Below are positions 47,181-55,546 of a stretch of DNA of 64,000 nt, one piece after another. The translations under genes and the position numbers were made by a program. Position 1 is the stretch's first letter. Each line of letters starts with the position of its first letter. Source of the DNA: an uncultured archaeon (GTDB lineage: Archaea; Thermoplasmatota; Poseidoniia; MGIII; CAYLMJ01); contig CAYLMJ010000008.1 in NCBI GenBank assembly GCA_964384995.1, positions 1,158-65,157 of the forward strand, in the 5' to 3' direction. The notes beneath the pieces are model-generated. The model was not told the DNA's origin. It was given only the letters and a program-made list of their open reading frames with translations, and searched no databases.

Positions 47181-49415
47181 ATGGCCCTGTGGCTCTGGCG
47201 CGGTCCCGGCGATGTTGTGCGACTTCTGGAGGACCATGACAACACCTTCTACGTCCAGGCCCTGGAGGGAGATCACCGGGAGCTGGAGCGGCTCTGCACC
47301 GAGGCCGGGGCGCCTTGCGAGCGGGTGGGTGTCAAGCTGGAGCTGGGCCGTGAGAGGGAGACCGAGGTCCTGAAGGTCCACCTGGGCCTGCGGGACGAGC
47401 GCAGCTTCGTGCGGGCCCTGAACCAGCGGGGAGGGTTCGGTCGCTACCGTTTCTTCGGTCTGGACCCCGATCTGGAACAGCGCTTCCTCCAGTCCCTGGG
47501 ACTCTATCCCCTGGCCCGGGTCAGTTGCTACCGCCACCGCTACGAGACCCTGGGCAGCCGACGGGGAATGGTGCGGCCCCCGCCCCTGCAGGTGGCCGAG
47601 CTGACCGTGGAGCCACGCATGATGACCAGCGCGCCCCACCTGCTGGACCCCCTGGGCCGGCTGGAGCTGGTCCGCCTGCCCTCTCCCGGCCTTGCCGGCG
47701 ACGGGACCAGCAGTTCGGCCCCTCGGACCGGGAGCAGGGCCGACCGCTGGGAATGGCTGGCCCCTGAAGGGGAACATGGGGGGCGCGGCCCCACCACACC
47801 CGCCGAGAGCGAGGCCCTGGAGCAACTGCAGGAGGTCCTGGACGAATGGGAGGTGGACGTGGTGGTGACATGCGGTGGTGACCAGTTCGACCTGGGCTAC
47901 CTCTGGGCCCGGGCCGACCTGGCCGGCCTGAGGTCCTTTCGCCTGGGCCGTCAGTGGCAGCCTCCCCGGCCCCGGCGCGGCGCCAGCTCCTACACCACCT
48001 ACGGCGAGGTGCGCTACCAGGCCCCGGCCTGGCACCTTCACGGCCGGCTTCACATCGACGTGCGCAACTCCTTCTTCTTCCAGGAGGGAGGCGTCTCGGG
48101 GCTCATCCACCTGGCCCGGCTCTCGGGAGTGCCCCTTCAGACCCTGGCCCGCTCCATGCCCGGCACCGCCATCTCCACCATCCAGATCCACGAGGCGGCG
48201 CGGCGGGGCTATCCCGTGCTCTGGAAGAAGAACCATCCCGAGCAGCCCAAGACCATGGCCGACCTGGCCTGCGCCGACCGCGGCGGCTACATCTGCGACC
48301 CGCAGGTGGGGGTCCATGGCAACGTGGCCGAGGTGGATTTCATCTCCCTCTACCCCTCCATCATGGTCCAGTACAACATCTCCCCCGAGACCCTGGACTG
48401 CCCCTGCTGTCCCGATTCGAGGCTGGCCATCCCCGGACTGCCCTATCGCTATTGCGAGCGCCAGGAGGGCATCGTCCCGGCCTCGCTGCGCCCCCTGCTG
48501 GCCACCCGCCGGGTGTGCAAGGCCCTGAGCAAGTCTCCCGACGACCACTATAAAAAGGTGGCCGATGTCCTGAAGTGGTTGTTGGTGTGCAGTTTCGGCT
48601 ACCAGGGCTACCGCAACGCCCGCTATGGCCGCATCGAGTGCCACGAGGCCATCCAGGCCGCGGCCCGGGAGACCATGGTGATCTCCATCGAGCTGGCCGA
48701 GGAGGCCGGCTACCGGGTGCTCCACGGCATCGTGGACTCCCTCTGGCTCCAGGGTCCGAAGAGGGACCTGCCGGCCCTGGTGGGCCGCATCAGCAAGGCC
48801 ACGGAACTGCCCCTGGCCCTGGAGGCCCTCTACCACTGGATCGCCTTCCTGCCCAACCGCTCCACCGGCCAGGGCTCCCTGACCCACTACTACGGCCTGA
48901 AGGTGACGGGCCAGGTGAAGTACCGGGGCATCGAGCTGCGCCAGCACGACACCCCCGCCTACCATCAGCGGGCCCAGAAGGCCATGCTGGCGGCTCTGGC
49001 CCGGGCCGACACCGTCGATGGCTTCCACCGCCAGATACCCGAGGCGGTGGCCGTGTTGCGCGACCATGCCGGCCCCCTGCGCCGCGGGGAGGTGGAACCG
49101 GGGGAACTGCTGATGCGCCGCCGCCTGACCCGCTCCCTGGAGGCCTACCACAACTTCAGCGACAACAGCGCGGCCATGGAGCAGCTGCTGGAGGCGGGCG
49201 TGGAGGCCCGACCGGGCCAGAGGGTGCGCTACCTGGTGGCCAACACCCGCGGCCGCACCCACCTGGAACGGGTCCGCATCGAACAGCTCATGCGGGGTGA
49301 CGAGACCTACGATAGGGCTTATTATTACAAGACCCTCCTGCGCTGTGGCGAGTCGCTGTTGTTGCCCTTCGGCTGGGACGTCGAGCGGCTGGACGCGGCG
49401 GTCCGCAGTCAGTAA
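47181..49415 (+). CDS. polB: Family-B DNA polymerase, PolB2-like with degenerate Exo I, Exo III and motif C (annotated from the first ATG; homology begins upstream at about 47127)
   Basis: Motif A DFISLYPSIMVQYNISPETL. Motif B KWLLVCSFGYQGYRNARYG. Motif C position reads VLHGIVDSLWL where Y.DTD is expected. Exo I position reads LTVEP where DIE is expected. Exo II GGDQFDLGYL is retained. Confidence 0.8.
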   Translation: MALWLWRGPGDVVRLLEDHDNTFYVQALEGDHRELERLCTEAGAPCERVGVKLELGRERETEVLKVHLGLRDERSFVRALNQRGGFGRYRFFGLDPDLEQRFLQSLGLYPLARVSCYRHRYETLGSRRGMVRPPPLQVAELTVEPRMMTSAPHLLDPLGRLELVRLPSPGLAGDGTSSSAPRTGSRADRWEWLAPEGEHGGRGPTTPAESEALEQLQEVLDEWEVDVVVTCGGDQFDLGYLWARADLAGLRSFRLGRQWQPPRPRRGASSYTTYGEVRYQAPAWHLHGRLHIDVRNSFFFQEGGVSGLIHLARLSGVPLQTLARSMPGTAISTIQIHEAARRGYPVLWKKNHPEQPKTMADLACADRGGYICDPQVGVHGNVAEVDFISLYPSIMVQYNISPETLDCPCCPDSRLAIPGLPYRYCERQEGIVPASLRPLLATRRVCKALSKSPDDHYKKVADVLKWLLVCSFGYQGYRNARYGRIECHEAIQAAARETMVISIELAEEAGYRVLHGIVDSLWLQGPKRDLPALVGRISKATELPLALEALYHWIAFLPNRSTGQGSLTHYYGLKVTGQVKYRGIELRQHDTPAYHQRAQKAMLAALARADTVDGFHRQIPEAVAVLRDHAGPLRRGEVEPGELLMRRRLTRSLEAYHNFSDNSAAMEQLLEAGVEARPGQRVRYLVANTRGRTHLERVRIEQLMRGDETYDRAYYYKTLLRCGESLLLPFGWDVERLDAAVRSQ

Positions 49416-49430
49416 CTAACCGGCGTTGCC

Positions 49431-49820
49431 ATGTACGACAACGAGGTCCTGGGTACCGGATTCATCGATCGCATCTACCGCATCGTGGTGCCCCGCAAGG
49501 CCCGGGACCTGGTGAAGCTGGAGGCTGGCCGCAACAGCGCCGTCTGGTTCGTGGACGAGTTCGACCTCTGTGTGAAGTTCCTGGAAGGAGCGGAGGAGGT
49601 GGAGCTGGCCCGGGACCGGTACGAGGTTCTGGACACCTCCACCATGGATGGCAAGTTCCGTCTGGTCGTGCCCAAGAGGATCCGCAGCCAGGTGGGGCTC
49701 TCCACCGAGGACCAGGTGGTGTGGTACACCGACGGCTTCAACCTCTGTGTCAAGTTCCTGTCGGCCAGGGACATGCACCGCCTGCTGGTGGCCATGGACC
49801 GGGAGCGGGAGCGCCATTGA
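49431..49820 (+). CDS. Tandem SpoVT/AbrB-domain (MraZ-like) protein
   Basis: Internal duplication: IDRIYRIVVPRKARDLVKL..AVWFVDEFDLCVKFL versus MDGKFRLVVPKRIRSQVGL..VVWYTDGFNLCVKFL. Confidence 0.65.
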   Translation: MYDNEVLGTGFIDRIYRIVVPRKARDLVKLEAGRNSAVWFVDEFDLCVKFLEGAEEVELARDRYEVLDTSTMDGKFRLVVPKRIRSQVGLSTEDQVVWYTDGFNLCVKFLSARDMHRLLVAMDRERERH

Positions 49821-49894
49821 CGGCGAGTTGGACCCCATCTCCTGGAGTTGAAAAGAAAGGGTGATTAACCAGATGTTGTTGGGGGGCCGAACCC

Positions 49895-52048
49895 ATGTCC
49901 GAAGAGACCCGTGAGGTATTCTGGAACATCCCGGATATCGGCCGTCCCATCATCTACCTCTTGAGTTTGGTGGCGATGGCCCTCTTTGCCTGGGGGATGC
50001 ATCACCGGTTCGTACGGTACTGGATGCGGGGCAAGGGGGCGCCCGAGGGACTGAGAGCTCAGGTGGGCCTTCTGTTGAGCGAGCTCAGGCGGGAGCCCCG
50101 GCGGCGGTTGAGCCGGTTGCGCAGGTTCGCCCTCTGCCAGTCTTGGTCGGGCCGCAGGCTCCTGGGCCGCATCATGCACCTGATGATCTTCTGGGGCTTT
50201 GTGGCCCTGTTCATCGGCACCCTCATCATCACCATCCAGGAGGACCTCACCCTCCCGCTCTTCGACTACGAGTTCTGGAAGGGCACCTTCTACCTGGTCT
50301 ACGCCGTCATACTGGACCTGCTGGGTCTCTTCTTCATGCTGGGCCTGCTCATCGCCCTGTGGCGGCGCTACGTTGCCAGGGCCCCCGAGCTGGAGCGGGG
50401 CATCGACGATCTGGTGGCCATGGGCCTGCTCTTCGTCATCGGCCTGACCGGCTACCTGGTGGAGGGTCTGCGCATCGCCGCCCGGGACCCGGTGAACTCG
50501 GATGTGGGGGCCTGGGAGTTCGCCGGCCAGGGCTTTGCCGCCCTCTGCACGGCCCTGGGGATGTCCGAGGGGGCGGCCGAGCTGCCCCATGCCATCCTGT
50601 GGTGGTCCCACTTCCTCCTGGCCATGGCCTTCATCGTCTACCTGCCCCACAGCAAGCTGATGCACATCATCACCGGGCCGGCCAGCATCCTCTTTGCCGA
50701 TCTCAAGCCTCGGGGACAGCTCACCAAACCCAGCGACCTGATGGCCCTGATGGAGCAGGACGACTTCGAGGAGGAGGACCTGATGATCGGAGCCGGGAAG
50801 CTGGAGGACCTCACCTGGCAGGAGCATCTGAGCTTCGACGCCTGCACCATGTGCGGCCGCTGTCAGGCGGCCTGCCCCGCGTATGCCAGCGACAAGCCCC
50901 TGAACCCCAAACGGCTGGTCCTGGACCTGAGAGGACTGCAGGAGACCAGCTACGGCAGGCTCTGGCGTTCACCGCCCGCCCCCGAACCCGTGGACCTCCA
51001 TGGCGCAACCATCGCCGCCGACACCCTGTGGGCCTGCACCACCTGCATGGGCTGTGTCGAGGCCTGCCCGGTGCTCATCCCCCACGTGGACCTCATCGTC
51101 GCCATGCGGCGCCACCTGACCATGACCGGCGATATCGTCGGCGAGCTCCAGGGGGTCTACCGCAACCTGGAGAACAACGGCAATCCCTGGGGCCTCGGCT
51201 GGGCCGAGCGGGCCGACTGGACCGAGGAGCTGGAGACCCCGGTGAAGCTGGCCTCGGAGGGCGATTTCGACTACTTGCTCTGGGTGGGATGTGCCGGGTC
51301 GTTCGATGCCCGGGCCCGCAAGGTGACGGTGGCCCTGGTGAAACTGCTCCAGGCCGCCAGGGTGGACTTCGCCATCCTGGGCACCGAGGAGAAGTGCAAC
51401 GGCGAGTTCGCCCGCCGCATGGGCAACGAACTGCTGTTCCAGATGCTGGTCACCGAGAACGTGGCCAACCTCAACGGCCATGGCGTGAAGAGGATCATCA
51501 CCGCCTGCCCCCACTGCTTCAACACCCTGAGCCACGATTACCCCCAGTTCGGCGGACATTACGAGGTGGTCCACCATTCCCGGTTCCTTCAAGACCTCAT
51601 CGATGTGGGAAAGCTCAAGGTGGACCCGGAAGCCGCTCGAGTCACCGGAACCGACGGACCCCTAACCTTCCACGACCCCTGCTACCTGGGCCGCTACAAT
51701 GGGGAGTACGAGGCCCCCCGTCGGGTCCTGAAAAGGGCTGGGATCGATATGGTGGAGATGGAACGCTCACGGACCGATTCCTTTTGCTGTGGCGCGGGGG
51801 GCGGCCGCATGTGGCTGGAGGAGGAGGCCCACCAGCGGGTCAACACCCTGCGGGTCAGGGAGGCTCTGGCCACAGGAGCCGGCACCATCGGCGTGGGCTG
51901 TCCGTTCTGCCTCACCATGCTGGAGGATGGCGTGAAGGAACAGGAACAGGGACAGGAGCAAGAGCGGGAGCTGGGGCGGGAAGGGGCCCCGGAGGGTGCA
52001 GTTAAGGTTTTAGACCTGGCCGAGCTTCTGGCCTTCAATATCCAATGA
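49895..52048 (+). CDS. Membrane-anchored Fe-S oxidoreductase (NarI/DsrM-like TM domain fused to 2x[4Fe-4S] and CCG domains; COG0247/DsrK/HdrD-like)
   Basis: About 5 N-terminal TM helices with conserved His (WWSHFLLAMAFIVYLPHSKLMH). Motifs: CTMCGRCQAACP, CTTCMGCVEACP, DPCYLGRYN, and CCGAGGG. Confidence 0.8.
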   Translation: MSEETREVFWNIPDIGRPIIYLLSLVAMALFAWGMHHRFVRYWMRGKGAPEGLRAQVGLLLSELRREPRRRLSRLRRFALCQSWSGRRLLGRIMHLMIFWGFVALFIGTLIITIQEDLTLPLFDYEFWKGTFYLVYAVILDLLGLFFMLGLLIALWRRYVARAPELERGIDDLVAMGLLFVIGLTGYLVEGLRIAARDPVNSDVGAWEFAGQGFAALCTALGMSEGAAELPHAILWWSHFLLAMAFIVYLPHSKLMHIITGPASILFADLKPRGQLTKPSDLMALMEQDDFEEEDLMIGAGKLEDLTWQEHLSFDACTMCGRCQAACPAYASDKPLNPKRLVLDLRGLQETSYGRLWRSPPAPEPVDLHGATIAADTLWACTTCMGCVEACPVLIPHVDLIVAMRRHLTMTGDIVGELQGVYRNLENNGNPWGLGWAERADWTEELETPVKLASEGDFDYLLWVGCAGSFDARARKVTVALVKLLQAARVDFAILGTEEKCNGEFARRMGNELLFQMLVTENVANLNGHGVKRIITACPHCFNTLSHDYPQFGGHYEVVHHSRFLQDLIDVGKLKVDPEAARVTGTDGPLTFHDPCYLGRYNGEYEAPRRVLKRAGIDMVEMERSRTDSFCCGAGGGRMWLEEEAHQRVNTLRVREALATGAGTIGVGCPFCLTMLEDGVKEQEQGQEQERELGREGAPEGAVKVLDLAELLAFNIQ

Positions 52049-52076
52049 TCCCTCATTGAAACCCCGAGGAGATTGC

Positions 52077-52832
52077 ATGCAGATCGTAGTTTGTGTCAAA
52101 CAGGTACCCGATTCGGAGTCCAAGATAACCATCAAGGAGGACCAGGTCGACGACAGCGGTTTCTCCTTCATCCTCAATCCCTATGACGAGTACGCCATCG
52201 AGGAGGCGGTACGGCTGAAGGAGCAGCATGGCGGCCAGGTGACCCTGGTCTCCCTGGGCTCGGCCGACCCCGGCATCGTCATCAAGAACGGCCTGGCCCT
52301 GGGCGCCGACGAGGCCCTGATCCTCAAGGACAGCGCCTACGACCGCTTCAACAGCGACACCGCCGCTCGCCAGCTGGCCGAGGCCATCAAGCCCCTGAAC
52401 CCCGACCTTGTCCTTTGCGGTCAGTCGGGCATCGATTTCAACCTGGGGCTCACCGGTCCGGCCCTGGCCGAGCACCTGGACCTGCCCCACGTGAGCTTCA
52501 TCCAGAAGCTGGAGGTGGAGGGTGGCAAGGCCGAGGCCCACCGCCAGATCGAGGGCGGCCACGAGGTGGTCGAGACCTCCCTGCCCGCTCTCGTCACCTG
52601 CCAGAAGGGTCTCAACGAACCCCGCTTCCCCTCCCTCATGGACATCATGAAGGCCAAGAAGAAGCCGGTCAACGAGCCCGAGGCGGCGGCCGGGGGTGAG
52701 CCCACGGCGATCATCGGCAAGGCCCGGATGCCCGAGGCCCGCACCGGCGGCTACCTCATTGAGGGCGAGACGGCCGCCGAGAAGGTGGTCAAACTGGTCG
52801 GCCATCTCAAGACCGATGCGAAGGTGATCTAG
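52077..52832 (+). CDS. etfB: Electron transfer flavoprotein beta subunit
   Basis: Start at MQIVVCVKQVPD with GAGGAG upstream. Motif: NPYDEYAIEEAVRLKE. Confidence 0.85.
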   Translation: MQIVVCVKQVPDSESKITIKEDQVDDSGFSFILNPYDEYAIEEAVRLKEQHGGQVTLVSLGSADPGIVIKNGLALGADEALILKDSAYDRFNSDTAARQLAEAIKPLNPDLVLCGQSGIDFNLGLTGPALAEHLDLPHVSFIQKLEVEGGKAEAHRQIEGGHEVVETSLPALVTCQKGLNEPRFPSLMDIMKAKKKPVNEPEAAAGGEPTAIIGKARMPEARTGGYLIEGETAAEKVVKLVGHLKTDAKVI

Positions 52833-53792
52833 ATGAGCCACCACGATCTGGTCGTGGCCGAGCAGAAGGAGGGCGTCCTGCGCCCGGTGACCGCAGAGAT
52901 CATCGGCCAGCTGGCGACCCAGGGCTCCGTCGAGGCGGTGATCGTAGGTGACGGAGCGTCCATCGAGGCGGTGGCACCTCAGCTGGCCGCCTTGCCGGTG
53001 GAGCGGGTCCACACCATCGACAACGCGGCATTCTCCCATTATCAGATGGAAGGTTACATGGCCGCCCTGAACGGCCTGGTGCAGGCCAACCAGCCCGAGG
53101 CCGTCTGGATGGGCGCCACGGCCCGGGGCCGTGATCTGGCCCCCCGCCTGGCCACCCGCCTGGGAGGGGCCTACATCCCCGACATCATCGGTTTCGAGGA
53201 GGGCCACTACCTGCGCTCGGTGTACGGTGGCAAGGCCCAGATCCTGGTGAACCGGAACGGGACCGGAGGCGCTCCGGTCCTGACCCTGCGACCCAACATC
53301 TTCCCGGCCGCGGAAGCTTCGGGCGGTGACGCGCCCATCGAGCCCTTTGCCTTCGAGATGCCCGACCTGCGGGCCCAGGTGAAGGAGGTGCTGCTCTCGG
53401 CCGAGGGCGGTGTCGACCTCACCGAGGCCAGGGTCATAGTTTCCGGTGGACGGGGCATCAAGGGACCCGAGAACTACAAGATCATCGAGGAGCTGGCCAG
53501 CCTGCTGGGCGGTTCCGCCGGCGCCTCCCGGGCCGTGGTGGATGCCGGCTGGGTACCCCACGCCAATCAGGTGGGTCAGACCGGCAAGGTGGTCAGTCCC
53601 GACCTCTACATCGCACTGGGTATATCGGGGGCCATCCAGCATCTGGCGGGCATGAACTCATCCAAGTGCATCGTGGCGGTCAACAAGGACCCCGAGGCTC
53701 CCATCTTCAAGATCGCCGATTACGGCATCGTGGGCGACCTGTTCGAGGTGGCCCCCATCCTGCAGGAAGAGCTGGCCAAAGTGGTGAACTAG
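52833..53792 (+). CDS. etfA: Electron transfer flavoprotein alpha subunit
   Basis: Motifs: [54 protein letters not shown], and [13 protein letters not shown]. Confidence 0.85.
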   Translation: MSHHDLVVAEQKEGVLRPVTAEIIGQLATQGSVEAVIVGDGASIEAVAPQLAALPVERVHTIDNAAFSHYQMEGYMAALNGLVQANQPEAVWMGATARGRDLAPRLATRLGGAYIPDIIGFEEGHYLRSVYGGKAQILVNRNGTGGAPVLTLRPNIFPAAEASGGDAPIEPFAFEMPDLRAQVKEVLLSAEGGVDLTEARVIVSGGRGIKGPENYKIIEELASLLGGSAGASRAVVDAGWVPHANQVGQTGKVVSPDLYIALGISGAIQHLAGMNSSKCIVAVNKDPEAPIFKIADYGIVGDLFEVAPILQEELAKVVN

Positions 53793-53837
53793 GGCGGGTA
53801 TGAACTAGGGCGGGTAAGCCCCCAATCCCTAGTTCAC
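53784..53837. terminator. Direct repeat GAACTAGGGCGGGTA x2 plus inverted CCCTAGTTCAC (hairpin spanning the etfA stop codon)
   Basis: Direct copies at 53786-53800 and 53802-53816. The complement arm is at 53827-53837. Terminator role is inferred only. Confidence 0.35.
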
Positions 53838-54237
53838 GCTCGTCCCTGTTGGCCAGGTCACCCCTCTTCGCTGAACGGCCCGGTCAGTGAGTAGCCCGGC
53901 CCAGTACCATCCCAGGGCATTGACAGTTGAGCCCAAGGCTCCAGGATTTTCCAAGCTCATTGATGGGTTTTTCAATTGCCCGACCCGAGATCCTGGCTGA
54001 TGGTGTGATAGAAACGAGTGAGATCCCGATCCTTCCACGATCATTGCCCAAAACATCGCCAGAACATCCGGCGAGGGCACTGATGAAATTAGCATCCCAA
54101 TAATATCATCAAATAAAAAGCATTTACTGTAAATAAATCGTGAGCTCTGCACTCCCTAGTGTACAATAATATGCGGGAATCGTAAATACATTAGTGACAA
54201 GGAGTTCTTATTAACTTTAAGAATTGCTCGAACCGAA

Positions 54238-54267
54238 CAACGATGGAGCTTAGACTCTCTATCGTTG
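54238..54267. promoter_or_regulatory. 11-bp imperfect inverted repeat CAACGATGGAG-N8-CTCTATCGTTG upstream of the etf/hdr/mvh operon
   Basis: One mismatch. Lies 28 nt before the ATG at 54295, inside a low-GC spacer. Confidence 0.4.
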
Positions 54268-54294
54268 CATTGCAGCAGCCGGGGGTTTCCTATA

Positions 54295-55536
54295 ATGCAA
54301 GACGAGCCGACTACCCAATCTTTACTTCCGGAGATTACCATAGACCCCGCCTCCAAGGAGGCCACCCGAGATTATCTACGCCGAGTGATCGCTCTGCCGG
54401 AAGGCCAGAAGATCCAGAACTGCATCCAGTGTGGGACCTGCACCGGCGGGTGTCCCCACGGCCATGTGATGGATTTCGCCCCCCGGAAGATGATCGCCGC
54501 CCTGCGAGCGGGATGGATCGATGAGATCCTGACCAGCGACACCATCTGGCTGTGCGTGGCCTGTTACACCTGCGCCCACCGTTGCCATGCCGGGATCGAA
54601 CTGGTGGACCACATGATCACCTCCATGCGCGAGGAGTTCCTGATCAAGGGCGCCGGTGTCCCCACCGAGTTGCAATCCGCTTTCGAGCGTTCAGGCCGCT
54701 ACGGCAACCCATTCGGCGAGTCTCCGCGCAAGCGGGGCAAATGGACCAAGGGCACCGACCTCGAGGTCAGGGAGCTCAAGGCCGGCGATTCGGCCGATGT
54801 GCTCTGGTTCGTGGAGTGCTTCCCAGCCTTCCACAAGCGCAACCAGGAGGCCTCCCGCGACTTCGCCCGGATCCTCAATGCCCTCAAGGTCGATTACGGC
54901 ACCCTGGGCAAGGACGAATGGTGCACCGGCGACGGCCGACGCCTGGGCGGTGAAAAGGGACTCTTCGAGGTGCTGTACGAGCACAACGCCGCCGAGCTGG
55001 CCAAGCGGGAGTTCAACGAGATCCTGGTCACCGACCCCCACGCCTACAACGCCCTGGTCCGTGAATACCCGACTCTGGGCAGCACCTACAAGGTCACCCA
55101 CTACTCCCAGTTCCTGATGGACCGCATCGAGGAGCTGAAACCCCTGATGACCAAGTCCCTTGACCTCAAGGTCACCTACCATGATCCCTGTTACCTGGGC
55201 CGGCGCAACGACATCTACGAGCCTCCCCGCGAGCTCCTGGCCAGCATCCCCGGCGTCAAGCTGGTGGAGATGGACCGCAATCGCGAGGACGCCCTCTGCT
55301 GTGGTGGCGGCGGCGGCGGAGTCTGGCTGGACAGCTTCATCTGGGAGCACACCGAGGTCCCTCTGCCCGAACAGCGGGTGAAGGAGGCGGCCCGAACCGG
55401 TGCCGATGTGATGGCTGTGGCCTGCCCCCTGGAGGTGTCCCGTTTCGAGGACGCTGTGAAGACCGCGGGGCTGGAAGGTCAGCTGGCGGTCAAGGAGATA
55501 ACCGAGTTGATAGCAGAGGCTATGGAACCCTCATGA
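54295..55536 (+). CDS. Soluble Fe-S oxidoreductase, HdrD/GlpC-like (2x[4Fe-4S] plus CCG domains)
   Basis: Start at MQDEPT. Motifs: CIQCGTCTGGCP, CVACYTCAHRC, HDPCYLGRRN, and CCGGGGG. Confidence 0.8.
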   Translation: MQDEPTTQSLLPEITIDPASKEATRDYLRRVIALPEGQKIQNCIQCGTCTGGCPHGHVMDFAPRKMIAALRAGWIDEILTSDTIWLCVACYTCAHRCHAGIELVDHMITSMREEFLIKGAGVPTELQSAFERSGRYGNPFGESPRKRGKWTKGTDLEVRELKAGDSADVLWFVECFPAFHKRNQEASRDFARILNALKVDYGTLGKDEWCTGDGRRLGGEKGLFEVLYEHNAAELAKREFNEILVTDPHAYNALVREYPTLGSTYKVTHYSQFLMDRIEELKPLMTKSLDLKVTYHDPCYLGRRNDIYEPPRELLASIPGVKLVEMDRNREDALCCGGGGGGVWLDSFIWEHTEVPLPEQRVKEAARTGADVMAVACPLEVSRFEDAVKTAGLEGQLAVKEITELIAEAMEPS

Positions 55537-55546
55537 GGTGAGTCAA

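Noticed and set aside
46815-49262. 815-aa minus-strand ORF
   Set aside because: It is antisense to the PolB gene. It has low-complexity G/A/P/Q/H composition and no recognisable motif.
52053-53642. 529-aa minus-strand ORF
   Set aside because: It is antisense to etfB and etfA. It is a shadow ORF with a G/D/L/H-rich translation.
53829-54365. Minus-strand ORFs of 107 aa and 69 aa in the low-GC spacer
   Set aside because: The composition is atypical for this genome's genes. There are no motifs, and no start context or SD. They are more likely non-coding regulatory DNA.
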